The notes beneath the pieces are model-generated. The model was not told the origin of the DNA. It saw only the letters and a program-made list of their open reading frames with translations, and did not search any database. Shown in pieces: positions 19,261 to 28,688 of a DNA stretch of 64,000 nucleotides. Each line of letters starts with the position of its first letter. Position 1 is the stretch's first letter. Location of the stretch: the NCBI GenBank assembly GCA_963827655.1, contig CAWHCF010000019.1, positions 23,298 through 87,297 of the forward strand. Reading direction: 5' to 3'. Source of the stretch: an uncultured Acidobacteriota bacterium (GTDB taxonomy: Bacteria; Acidobacteriota; UBA6911). Position numbers and translations under genes: made by a program.

Positions 19261-20433
19261 ATGACGGTCCGAATTGGCGCTGAAATTCTCCTTGCCAACT
19301 CTCGATCCTTTCTTCGGGGGGAGAGAGTCGGTCTTGTCGTCCACCCGGCTTCGGTTCTGCCGAATTTGAGACATACCGCCGATGCCTTGATGAACGAAGC
19401 CTCCTCGAGGCTGGTGGCGCTCTTCGGCCCGCAACACGGCGCCCGGGGCGAGAAGCAGGACAACATGATCGAGTCGGAGCACTATCGCGACCCCGACACC
19501 GGGCTCCCGGTTCACAGCCTCTACAGTGAAACGCGCCGGCCAACCGAACATATGCTGTCAGACCTGGACGTGCTCGTCTTCGACCTGCAGGACGTAGGTA
19601 CGCGCATCTATACCTTCATCTATACCATGTCTTATTGCATGGAGGCCTGCGCGGAATACGGAAAACGGATGATTATTCTCGATCGGCCCAATCCCATTAA
19701 TGGCCGGCAAGTCGAGGGTAATCTTCTCGAACCGGAGTTCAAGTCTTTTGTCGGCCGCTATCCCTTGCCCATGCGCCACGGCATGACCGTTGGCGAACTG
19801 GCGCGATTCTTTAACGCCGAGTTCAAGATTGAATGTGACCTGTCGGTAGTACCCATGGAGGGATGGAAACGCGCTGACTGGTTCGATCAGACCGGGCTTC
19901 CATGGGTCCAGCCTTCGCCCAACATTCCTACGTTGGATTCGGCCGTGGTCTATCCGGGGATGGTCCTGGTCGAGGGAACCCGGTTATCGGAGGGCAGAGG
20001 AACGACGCGGCCATTCGAACTGGTCGGAGCCCCTTACATCCGTCCCCGCGATCTCGCCGGCCGGCTGAACTCTCAAGACCTGCCGGGTGTTCAGTTTCGC
20101 GCGGCCTATTTCGAGCCGACTTCCCAAAAATGGTCCGGTCAGACTTGCGGAGGCGTGCAGATTCACGTGCAAGATCGACAAGTCTTCGAGCCTTACTTGA
20201 CCGGAATCGCCGTCCTCTCCGCGATTCAGGCTCTGTATCCGGAGTCGTTCAAGTGGCGAGAGCCGCCGTACGAATACGAGGATGACAAGCGCCCCATTGA
20301 GATATTATCCGGGAGCGACAAGATACCGGCCCAAATCGAGTCGGGTATATCTCCGGCAGAAATAAGGTCAGGCTGGCAATCTGATGTGGCGCGGTTTCTT
20401 CGGCAGCGCGAACCTTACCTGCTTTACGGTTAG
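19261..20433 (+). CDS. DUF1343 / NamZ-like exo-beta-N-acetylmuramidase
   Basis: 'LFGPQHG', 'DLQDVGTRIYTF', 'DRPNP', 'SEGRGTTRPFE'. Confidence 0.88.
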   Translation: MTVRIGAEILLANSRSFLRGERVGLVVHPASVLPNLRHTADALMNEASSRLVALFGPQHGARGEKQDNMIESEHYRDPDTGLPVHSLYSETRRPTEHMLSDLDVLVFDLQDVGTRIYTFIYTMSYCMEACAEYGKRMIILDRPNPINGRQVEGNLLEPEFKSFVGRYPLPMRHGMTVGELARFFNAEFKIECDLSVVPMEGWKRADWFDQTGLPWVQPSPNIPTLDSAVVYPGMVLVEGTRLSEGRGTTRPFELVGAPYIRPRDLAGRLNSQDLPGVQFRAAYFEPTSQKWSGQTCGGVQIHVQDRQVFEPYLTGIAVLSAIQALYPESFKWREPPYEYEDDKRPIEILSGSDKIPAQIESGISPAEIRSGWQSDVARFLRQREPYLLYG

Positions 20434-20502
20434 GATCCAGCTGATCGAGACCGAGCGGACGCCGTTTCCCTGCGGCAAACCGGGCAGAAAGTAGCCAACA
20501 TT

Positions 20503-21504
20503 ATGATCATAGGATTGACCGGAAGAAACGGCTCGGGAAAAGGCGAAGTCTCACGCTATCTTCAAAGCCGCGGGTTCGAACCTCATTCCTTGTCCGACGA
20601 GATAAGAGACGAGATTCGGTCGCGGGGACAATCGATAACACGCGAGCTTCTGATCGAAGTAGGGAATGAATTGCGCGCGAAGTTCGGGCCGGCGATTCTG
20701 GCTGTCCGGGTGCTGGAGCGGCTGGGCGCGGAATCCAATCATGTGGTCGACTCGATTCGCAATCCGGCGGAAGTCGAGGCTTTGCGGCGCAGGAAAGACT
20801 TCGTCCTCCTGGCCGTGCAGGCCGACCTGCGGCGCCGGTTTGAAAGAAGTAAATCCAGGGGAAGGGAAGCGGCGGCTCCAACCCTGGAGCAGTTTGCCCG
20901 GGAAGAAGAACGCGAACTGGACAGCGGCGATCCGTTGAGCCAGTTGCTCGTGGCAACGGAGCGCATGGCCGATGTAACGGTCTCGAACGACGGCTCGCTT
21001 GAAGACCTGCAGCGGGAGCTCGATGTCCTGATACCGCGACTTATGCGGAATTTCCAGCGGCCCGAGTGGGACGAATACTTCATGAGCATCGCGAAGGTGG
21101 TCGCCTCGCGCAGCAACTGTATCAAGAGAAAAGTGGCCGCCATCATTGTAAAAGACAAGCGTGTCATTTCCACCGGATACAACGGCACGCCGCGCGGGGC
21201 TCGAAACTGCAACGAGGGTGGGTGTCCGCGCTGCAACAACATGGCGAAAAGCGGAACCGCGCTCGAGGAATGCCTCTGCAGCCACGGCGAGGAGAACGCG
21301 ATCACGCAGGCCGCCTACCATGGCACCAGTTTGAAGGGAGCGTGTCTCTACACCACGTTCGCGCCCTGCCTTCTCTGCACCAAGATGATCATCAACAGCG
21401 GGATTGCCGAGGTCGTCTACAACCAGGAGTATCCGCTCAACGACGTCGCGTTAGCTTTGCTGCGGGAGTGCGGCATTACTCTGCGGCAGTACCGGGTCGA
21501 ATAG
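20503..21504 (+). CDS. P-loop NMP-kinase-like domain fused to dCMP deaminase
   Basis: 'GRNGSGKG' Walker A; 'RPEWDEYFM', 'HGEENA', 'PCLLC' zinc deaminase motifs. Confidence 0.88.
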   Translation: MIIGLTGRNGSGKGEVSRYLQSRGFEPHSLSDEIRDEIRSRGQSITRELLIEVGNELRAKFGPAILAVRVLERLGAESNHVVDSIRNPAEVEALRRRKDFVLLAVQADLRRRFERSKSRGREAAAPTLEQFAREEERELDSGDPLSQLLVATERMADVTVSNDGSLEDLQRELDVLIPRLMRNFQRPEWDEYFMSIAKVVASRSNCIKRKVAAIIVKDKRVISTGYNGTPRGARNCNEGGCPRCNNMAKSGTALEECLCSHGEENAITQAAYHGTSLKGACLYTTFAPCLLCTKMIINSGIAEVVYNQEYPLNDVALALLRECGITLRQYRVE

Positions 21505-21513
21505 CTTCGCGTC

Positions 21514-22509
21514 TCAGCGAAGGCCTTTTCTCTCCAGCCAACCCTTTACCGTTCTGATGTGCGCGTCGAGTTTGCTTTTCAGTCCTGCGTCGATCTCAAG
21601 CGCCTGCTTGAAGTCGTTCTCAGCCTCGCCATCGAGGCCCTGCCGCAGGCGCGCCAGCCCCCGGTTGCCGTAGGCGAGGGCAAATCGTGGATCAAGCGCG
21701 ATCGCCCGGTTGAAGTCCGCGATGGCCAAGTCCAGGCTATCCCGGTCGCAGCGAACCAGGGCACGGCCATAATAGCCCCAGGCCAGGTCAGGATTGATTT
21801 GAATGGCCTTCTCGAAATCACTCAGGGCTCCATCGAGTTCTTTCGCATCTCTACGAGTACTGCCCCGGTTGCAGTAGATCTCGGCCAGGCGCGGGGCCAG
21901 GGCGATCGCGCGGTCGAAATCCTCGAGCGCGCCTTTCAGGTCCCCCTTTTCTTTGCGAGCGTTGCCACGGTTGCTGTAAGCCCTTGCCTCTCTCGGATCG
22001 AGCGCGATCGCCCGGTCGAAATCAGCAATCGCGCTGTCGAATTCGCCCGTGGCATACCGGGTGACGCCTCGGTTTATGTAACCCTCGACAAAACCAGGCT
22101 TGAGCGATAAGGCCTGATCGTAGTCGGCGACCGCCCCGGCAAAATCACCCATGTCGTGGCGCGCGACACCACGATGGACGTAGACGGGCGCAGCCCGGGG
22201 ATCAATGGCCCGGATCCTGCTCTGGCTCGGAGCGCCACTGTCCGCAGATGATTTCCACTTATTGCCGCCGAGGACGGCACCCTCATCGAGACGCGAGCTC
22301 AGATCGAGAGCCTGGGTGAAATCGGCGATGGCCCCTTGCAGATCTCCCTTTTGATAGCGAGCCTGTCCGCGCTCAAAGAAATCCCAAGCGGTGCGGGGAG
22401 TCCCCGCAAGGGCCAGGGCAGTAGAGAAGAAAAACAGGGCGACGGAGAGATAAGGATAGGTATGCACGAGCGGATCTCCTTGCTGTTGGCCGCAGCGTAA
22501 CGCGGTCAT
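21514..22509 (-). CDS. Tetratricopeptide repeat protein
   Basis: Repeated 'Y.NRG......G....A.ADF.RAI.L.P' units. Confidence 0.9.
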   Translation of the reverse strand: MTALRCGQQQGDPLVHTYPYLSVALFFFSTALALAGTPRTAWDFFERGQARYQKGDLQGAIADFTQALDLSSRLDEGAVLGGNKWKSSADSGAPSQSRIRAIDPRAAPVYVHRGVARHDMGDFAGAVADYDQALSLKPGFVEGYINRGVTRYATGEFDSAIADFDRAIALDPREARAYSNRGNARKEKGDLKGALEDFDRAIALAPRLAEIYCNRGSTRRDAKELDGALSDFEKAIQINPDLAWGYYGRALVRCDRDSLDLAIADFNRAIALDPRFALAYGNRGLARLRQGLDGEAENDFKQALEIDAGLKSKLDAHIRTVKGWLERKGLR

Positions 22510-22759
22510 TCAGATACGTAAGGCGACATCCACCCATCCAACCTCCAATGACTCCGGAAAAACGGCTTCTAGAGTCGTCCTCGCATTTAACTCGCACCGG
22601 AGTTCTCTTGTGCCCTTAGACGCTAACCGGTGCTCCGGAGTTTGCTTATTTTTTTCCAAATTCTAAATAACTGCGAAAACGGAAGAAGGTTACTTAAAGT
22701 CTCATAGTGTTTTTAGTGTCTTCGCGTCTTCGTGGTTAGAGAACGCAGCTTTTGCGCGG

Positions 22760-23482
22760 TTAGTTCAATCCAAAAACGAGGAAATATTGATAGGGAAGGA
22801 AGGTATGTTCTTTCAGCAGTCGAAATCCATGCGTCTCCATCTGCCGCACCAGATCTTCTCGCGCGATCTTCATCTCGAGCCGCGGCCCGACCGGCAGTTC
22901 TTTCTTGTGGAAGTCGATCATTACCACTTGCCCTCCAGGCTTCAGCATCTTCTTTATTAACCCTAGATATTTCGCCTGGTTTTCCACGTGATGCCATGTA
23001 TCGCAGATGAAGAATCGGTCAATCGACGCATCGAGGAGGAGCGGGTCATCCGCCACCGAAAGGACCGTGACGACGTTCTTCAAGCCCAGGTCCCGAACGC
23101 GGCGATTCATGTGCAGAATCATGTCGGGGCTGATGTCTACAGCGTAGACTCTGCCCGTATCTCCGACCTGTCCGGCAAATCGAAAAGAAAAGTAGCCGGA
23201 CCCGGCGCCGATATCCGCAACAATCTCGCCCTCCTTGAGGGCAAGCGCGTTCAGGACTTCGTGCGGCTTCTGGTAGGCATCCCGTTTAGGATCCTCCAGC
23301 ATCGCTATGAGCGCCTTGGGATCCTTGTGCAGGCGATGCATCTCATGCTGGTCGCGCCTGACAGCATCCTGCGCCACCAGCATGATCCCAACCGCCAGAA
23401 AAGCGAATTTCACGGTGTTTCCCGGCTTCCTCGCGACCAGGGCTGCGCAAAATACTTCACTGGCGCGAGAGTCGGTGGTCAA
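22760..23482 (-). CDS. Class I SAM-dependent methyltransferase (start uncertain)
   Basis: 'VADIGAGSGYF', 'VYAVDI'. Confidence 0.85.
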   Translation of the reverse strand: MTTDSRASEVFCAALVARKPGNTVKFAFLAVGIMLVAQDAVRRDQHEMHRLHKDPKALIAMLEDPKRDAYQKPHEVLNALALKEGEIVADIGAGSGYFSFRFAGQVGDTGRVYAVDISPDMILHMNRRVRDLGLKNVVTVLSVADDPLLLDASIDRFFICDTWHHVENQAKYLGLIKKMLKPGGQVVMIDFHKKELPVGPRLEMKIAREDLVRQMETHGFRLLKEHTFLPYQYFLVFGLN

Positions 23483-23535
23483 TCGAACCGCCCCTCACTG
23501 CCAAGACGCCAGGCCGCGACGAAGCGCCCAGCCGG

Positions 23536-24621
23536 CTAATTGCTATATTGCAGCACTTTTTGCTTGAAGGCGTCGAGGGTAAGCCGGCCCGCCTTGTACT
23601 CTGTAATAACCGACTTCTGGACCGACATTATTTCCCGGTGCGATGACTCCCCCTCTGAATCAGCCAAGGTGAAGACTTTCGCGCCGCCCTCCTCGGCTGT
23701 CAAGACCAGATTGATAAACTCGTTGGGTTTCACGTGCGTGAGAGAATCCCCATGGTTGGCCAGGGCCTCGATGAGGTAGATCTTGACCTGCGCCAGACGC
23801 TCCAGAAGCTGCTTTCGATTGATCTCTGCCTCTTCCCGCCGTTTCACGACGCTGCGTTGAAGATCTTCGACTCTCTTCCGGATTTCTTCCTCTCTCTGGG
23901 GGCTTTGCGGCGCTGGAGCCGGCTGTGGCGCCTGCGGCGGCTGAGGAGGAGCCACAGGAGCCCCTGGGCTACTGGTTTCGCGGGCTTTGGTCCGCGATCT
24001 CTTGCCGGCCCACGAACGCCACCGGGAATTCCTCCGGCGACACCGCCAGGAACTCCGCCCACGATACCGCCGGGAACTCCCCCAGGAACACCGTCGAGGA
24101 GTCCAAGAATCATCTCGAACTGGTGCACCGACAGCTCTTGCTCTTGAGCCTCGAGGTCGGCGAGCTGGACATCAAGCTGTACTACTTGCTCGTCTAATTG
24201 CTCCTGTAACTGTAGTTCCCGCAGAGCCTTGATCTCCCCGTCCAACTTCAATTGATCGACGTCGATTTCTCCAACGGCTTTGACCGGCTTGGCCTTCGCG
24301 TAGCGCAGCGCCGAAACCGGGATGATGAAAGTGGCTCCCTGACCGTATAGATAAAAGGCGCTCACACGAGACCCTCCCCAGGGACCCTGAAAGGTAAAGT
24401 GCTTGAGTACCTGAATCTTCATCTCTCCCGGGCTTCGGGGTCGACGAGCCGCGGAGTTCCTTCAGGACGAAGTTGAGCGTCGTGTTGAGGATCCCTTTCA
24501 TGACCTCGAGTTCCTGCTGCGATTTCTTCAGGTCGAAGAGATCCGGCCGGGCGCCTTGAGCAGCGCCCCATGAAAGTAATCCCATACTGATCATCAGCAA
24601 AAAGGTACAAAGATGTCTCAT
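23536..24621 (-). CDS. Secreted hypothetical protein with GVPGG repeats and Pro-rich linker, two frameshifts
   Basis: Three overlapping ORFs (24172-24621, 23844-24422, 23536-23955) read as one protein with signal peptide; downstream of anti-sigma gene. Confidence 0.65.
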
Positions 24622-24640
24622 CGTTATCCTCCGGGGGTTT

Positions 24641-25432
24641 TTACTTCATCCTCACTTCAGCGACCTCGAGCAGCGTCTCCAGGATAGCGTCGGTCTGGTT
24701 GCTCTTGATCTCACCGCTCAAGGTCAGTCGATTCAGGCGATCATTGACAGCGGTGAAATCCCGTTCGTTCTGAAGCGCCATATTGCGGTACAAGAGGGCC
24801 AGGGAATTTCGCGTTCCGGTTTCAAGCGAGGTCGCAGTGTCGGCGAGCCGCTCGTTGATGCGGGTTTCGGCACCCGAGAGGGCCGCCTCCAGGAGAGCGC
24901 GTTGTTTTCGGGTGAATGCGGCGTTTGACGACGCGAGTTCTGCCCGCATAGTACGAATCACTTCCAGTCTGTCGGCCCGAGACTTTTCCTCGACAATGCT
25001 CAGGAGCTCCGCCTTGAGCTTGGCCACATCGACGGCTTCGGGTGAAGCCAAAGGTTGAGCGGTACCTGCCGGACGGCCGAAGCTCACCACGAACGTCCCG
25101 CGCTCGCTTCGAACCTGCATCGGAGCAAGCGCCAGAACCACGGCTGCCAGACCGGCGGCGATCGCGGCCGTTCTCCATGAAAGGAGAAGGCGTGGAAGAG
25201 CCTGCCATCGGGATGCCGGCGCCTCCTCGGAATACACGAAAAAGTGCCGCGGCACTGGAACATCGCCCGCCGAACTCAATTGCCGGACGGTCTCGGCATA
25301 GAGTTCCCGCTCCCGAGAGCACACAGAGCACTCCTCGATGTGGGATTCCAGGGCTTGCTGGTCCGAGGGATTCAACTCCCCCATAAGACCTTTTGGAATC
25401 TGACTTTGATATGTGCTGCAGCCGGTCTTCAT
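24641..25432 (-). CDS. zf-HC2 anti-sigma factor
   Basis: 'HIEECSVC' motif, one TM segment, start overlaps stop of sigma gene. Confidence 0.85.
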   Translation of the reverse strand: MKTGCSTYQSQIPKGLMGELNPSDQQALESHIEECSVCSRERELYAETVRQLSSAGDVPVPRHFFVYSEEAPASRWQALPRLLLSWRTAAIAAGLAAVVLALAPMQVRSERGTFVVSFGRPAGTAQPLASPEAVDVAKLKAELLSIVEEKSRADRLEVIRTMRAELASSNAAFTRKQRALLEAALSGAETRINERLADTATSLETGTRNSLALLYRNMALQNERDFTAVNDRLNRLTLSGEIKSNQTDAILETLLEVAEVRMK

Positions 25433-26076
25433 CTTGCTCCTCGCTTGACTTGAAGGGAGTTTTCTCCCAACCGAACTTTCAACGTCTCCAGGCCCGCGTA
25501 AAGCCTGGACTTTATCGTGCTGAGCGGGGCTTGCACGACAGCGGCTATCTCTTCAAAGGTCAGCTCTTGAAAGAACTTCAGCTCCACAACCGCCTTTTGA
25601 TCCGCGCTCAGGTACTCGAGCGCCTGCCGCACCCGATTCCGACTCTCTTCCCGCAGCAGTTCTCCTTCATGAGACTCCTGCGCAGGCAGGGCTGCCGAGA
25701 CCAGGGTCTCGGGACGCCTGTCATCCAGAGAAAAATGCACGCCCGGCGGCCGGCGCCGGAGCCTGGAGATACAATGGTTCACCGCAATCCGATAGAGCCA
25801 GGTCGAGAACCTCGAGTCACGCCGGAAACGTCGGATGCTCTTGAATGCGGAAATAAAGATTTCCTGCGCTGCCTCCGCCGCTTCTTCCGGTTGTTGGAGC
25901 ATTCTCAACGACAGGTTGTATATGGGTTTCTCCCATTTCAGGACCAGCCGGTTGAACGCAACGGTGTCGCCACCCTGGCTCGCAGCTACCCATGCAGTCT
26001 CCTGCATTTGATCGGGGAAGTTTCCGTCTGCGCCGAGGTCCTTCGGGAGCACCGAGTTCAAGCTCTCTTCCATCAA
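25429..26076 (-). CDS. ECF sigma-70 factor
   Basis: Region 2 'FSTWLYRIAVN', region 4 'TIKSRLY'. Confidence 0.92.
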   Translation of the reverse strand: MMEESLNSVLPKDLGADGNFPDQMQETAWVAASQGGDTVAFNRLVLKWEKPIYNLSLRMLQQPEEAAEAAQEIFISAFKSIRRFRRDSRFSTWLYRIAVNHCISRLRRRPPGVHFSLDDRRPETLVSAALPAQESHEGELLREESRNRVRQALEYLSADQKAVVELKFFQELTFEEIAAVVQAPLSTIKSRLYAGLETLKVRLGENSLQVKRGAR

Positions 26077-26262
26077 TAGGGCCCGCTGTCTCTGTTATCG
26101 CCTCCAGTTACAGTCCTTTTGACTCAATGGGATCACAAAAAGTCGAGTTAATTTAACGATTTTATGCCAACCTTGAACAGGGAAATTGACGACTGACCAA
26201 TAAGTCTCCAGAATTAGGTAGTTAGGCGTTATGTCCGAGCTTACGAGAATTTTGTTCACGTT

Positions 26263-26532
26263 AGAAGCCAGAAGTCAGAAGTCAGGAGCAAGAATGTGTT
26301 GGTAATAATCCACGTTACATGAAAGAATACCATCCAATATGGTTGGCACTGGATGGCAGAAAGCTCATGAATTTGTGCTCGAAGCATATCGTTACACGGA
26401 ATCGTTCCCGCAGCGCGAGATCTATGGCCTGGTGCTCAAGAAGGAAGGATGAGTCTCCTGGAGGAAGTCAGCCGCCTGCTGAATGCATATGCAAAGGCGA
26501 TTCTGGCTTCTGGCTTCTGACTCCTGGCTTCT
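26263..26532. repeat. Inverted heptamer (AGAAGYC) arrays bracketing a four-helix-bundle remnant
   Basis: agaagccagaagtcagaagtcaggag (26263-26288) vs ttctggcttctggcttctgactcctggcttct (26501-26532). Confidence 0.85.
26354..26520 (+). pseudogene. Four-helix-bundle (23S rRNA IVP-like) protein remnant with internal deletion
   Basis: 'WQKAHEFVLEAYRYTESFPQREIYGL' followed in another frame by 'LLEEVSRLLNAYAKAILASGF*'. Confidence 0.82.
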
Positions 26533-26595
26533 ATCCCGCTGCTTTTGGCGGGATATCAAGGGCGCAGTCGTTGCCTGGTTAGCCCGGCAAGCTAA

Positions 26596-26628
26596 AATCG
26601 TCAATCGTAAATCGTCAATCGTCAATCG
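26596..26628. repeat. Heptamer (GTCAATC) tandem array
   Basis: aatcgtcaatcgtaaatcgtcaatcgtcaatcg; same family as 17466-17541. Confidence 0.85.
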
Positions 26629-26636
26629 GTCGGCCT

Positions 26637-27206
26637 ATGACCATTGAAACCGAGATCAAGCTCCGGCTCGAGGATCTTGAGTGCTTTCGGCGTCGACTCG
26701 AACTGGTGGACGCGGTCTTGCGGGCTCCGCGTCACTTCGAAGAGAATTATGTCTTCGACTTTCCTGACCGCCGGCTTCGAGCGCGCGGCTGCCTGCTGAG
26801 GGTGCGGGTCACCGCGACCCAATCAATATTGACCTATAAGGGCCCTGCGCAACCGGGAGGGCCGTTCAAGAGCCGTGAGGAGCTGGAAACGACGGTCGCA
26901 AATGCGGCGGAGATAGTGACGATTCTGAAGCATCTCGGGCTGAAGGTGTGGTTTCGCTATCAGAAATTTCGCGAGGAGTATACCCTTACGGTGAAAGAAT
27001 ATCCTGAACCCGAGGTGCACGTCGCACTCGACCAGACGCCGCTCGGGTTCTATGCCGAACTGGAGGGCTCACCACAGTGCATCCGCGCGCTGGCCGCGCG
27101 CATGGGTTTCAAAGAAGGAGAATTCATTCGAGATAGCTACTATTCTCTATACCTTCGGTCGTGTGAGCGGAGTGGCGTAGATCCCGGCGATATGGTTTTC
27201 AAATGA
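26637..27206 (+). CDS. CYTH-domain (class IV adenylate cyclase-like) protein
   Basis: 'ETEIK', 'LRVR', 'TYKG', 'REELE', 'ELEG'. Confidence 0.88.
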   Translation: MTIETEIKLRLEDLECFRRRLELVDAVLRAPRHFEENYVFDFPDRRLRARGCLLRVRVTATQSILTYKGPAQPGGPFKSREELETTVANAAEIVTILKHLGLKVWFRYQKFREEYTLTVKEYPEPEVHVALDQTPLGFYAELEGSPQCIRALAARMGFKEGEFIRDSYYSLYLRSCERSGVDPGDMVFK

Positions 27207-27335
27207 CTACGCTTCCCAATTTCATTGCGGCACAGAAGGAATTCGACCGCAGGCGCACGCATTCAGTTCAGTCGAGCCTGATCGTACCGCGTTGAATTGG
27301 AACAAGCGTGGTCTGTCGCCGGAAAGGGACACTGC

Positions 27336-28628
27336 ATGGCGTGTGCGTATATCCAGGACATAGCAAAGCACGAGGGATCGGAAGCCGTACTGCGGGGGTG
27401 GGTTTACAACAAGCGCAGCAGCGGTAAGTTGCAGTTCCTGCTCCTGCGTGACGGAACCGGCACGATTCAGTGCGTCGGTTTCAAGGGGAACTTCACGGCC
27501 GAACAATTCGAAGCCCTCGATAAACTGACTCAGGAATCCAGCATCGAAGTGCGCGGCCGGGTGCGCAAGGATGATCGGGCGCCAGGCGGCTTTGAGCTGG
27601 AGATGACGGGATTTGAGGTCCTGCAGATCGCCGATAACTACCCCATAACTCCCAAAGATCATGGCATCGCGTTCCTGATGGAAAACCGGCACCTGTGGCT
27701 CCGGTCGTCACACCAGCATGCCATCCTGAAGGTGCGACACGAAATCATCAAAGCCTGCCGCGACTATTTCGATGATCAGGGGTTCACTCTGGTCGACACT
27801 CCGGTGTTCACACCCAATGCGTGTGAAGGGACCACCACTCTGTTCGAAACGGACTACTTCGATCAGAAGGCGTATCTCACGCAAAGCGGCCAGCTCTATA
27901 ACGAGGCCACGGCGGCTGCCTTTGGCAAGGTCTATTGTTTCGGGCCGACTTTTCGCGCGGAAAAATCCAAGACTCGTCGCCATTTGATGGAGTTCTGGAT
28001 GGTAGAACCCGAGGTTGCCTTTGCGACACTCGAAGACACGATCCTGCTTGCCGAAGGACTGATCTGCTTCATTCTGGAACGTGTCTTGTCGCGGCGAAGA
28101 GGCGAGCTGCAGACGCTGGAACGCGACACAACCGCTCTGGAGCGGATCAAGCCTCCGTTTCCACGCCTCTCATACGATGAAGCCGTGAAGATTCTTCAAT
28201 CTGCCGGTTCGGAAACAAAGTGGGGGAGTGATTTCGGCGGCGGGGATGAGACCATCCTTTCGGAACGGTTCGATTCGCCGGTCATGGTTCGCGGATATCC
28301 CGCCCAGGTGAAAGCGTTTTACATGCAGCCAGATCCTGGGAGACCGGAAGTCTCTCTTAGCGTCGATGTTCTGGCTCCGGAAGGATATGGTGAAATCATC
28401 GGCGGCGGGCAGCGCGTTCACGATTACGACCTTCTCCTTCGACGGCTGAACGAACACAATCTACCGGTTGAGCCCTTCCAGTGGTATCTCGACCTGCGCA
28501 AGTATGGCACGGCGCCCCACGCAGGGTTTGGGATGGGAATTGAAAGAGTGGTCGCCTGGATTTGCCGGCTCGACCATCTTCGCGAAACGATCGCCTTTCC
28601 AAGAATGCTCTACAGGATCTACCCGTAG
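27336..28628 (+). CDS. asnS: Asparagine--tRNA ligase
   Basis: OB fold 'LRDGTG', 'LTQSGQL', '[12 protein letters not shown]', 'GFGMGIER'. Confidence 0.95.
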   Translation: MACAYIQDIAKHEGSEAVLRGWVYNKRSSGKLQFLLLRDGTGTIQCVGFKGNFTAEQFEALDKLTQESSIEVRGRVRKDDRAPGGFELEMTGFEVLQIADNYPITPKDHGIAFLMENRHLWLRSSHQHAILKVRHEIIKACRDYFDDQGFTLVDTPVFTPNACEGTTTLFETDYFDQKAYLTQSGQLYNEATAAAFGKVYCFGPTFRAEKSKTRRHLMEFWMVEPEVAFATLEDTILLAEGLICFILERVLSRRRGELQTLERDTTALERIKPPFPRLSYDEAVKILQSAGSETKWGSDFGGGDETILSERFDSPVMVRGYPAQVKAFYMQPDPGRPEVSLSVDVLAPEGYGEIIGGGQRVHDYDLLLRRLNEHNLPVEPFQWYLDLRKYGTAPHAGFGMGIERVVAWICRLDHLRETIAFPRMLYRIYP

Positions 28629-28688
28629 CTTGGCCATCCCGCAATCAACCACCAAGACGCAAAGAAACGAAGCATCGCCAACGGGGAA

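Noticed and set aside
17466-26628. Short tandem arrays as a CRISPR array
   Set aside because: Units are 7 nt with no unique spacers, and there are no cas genes in the window.
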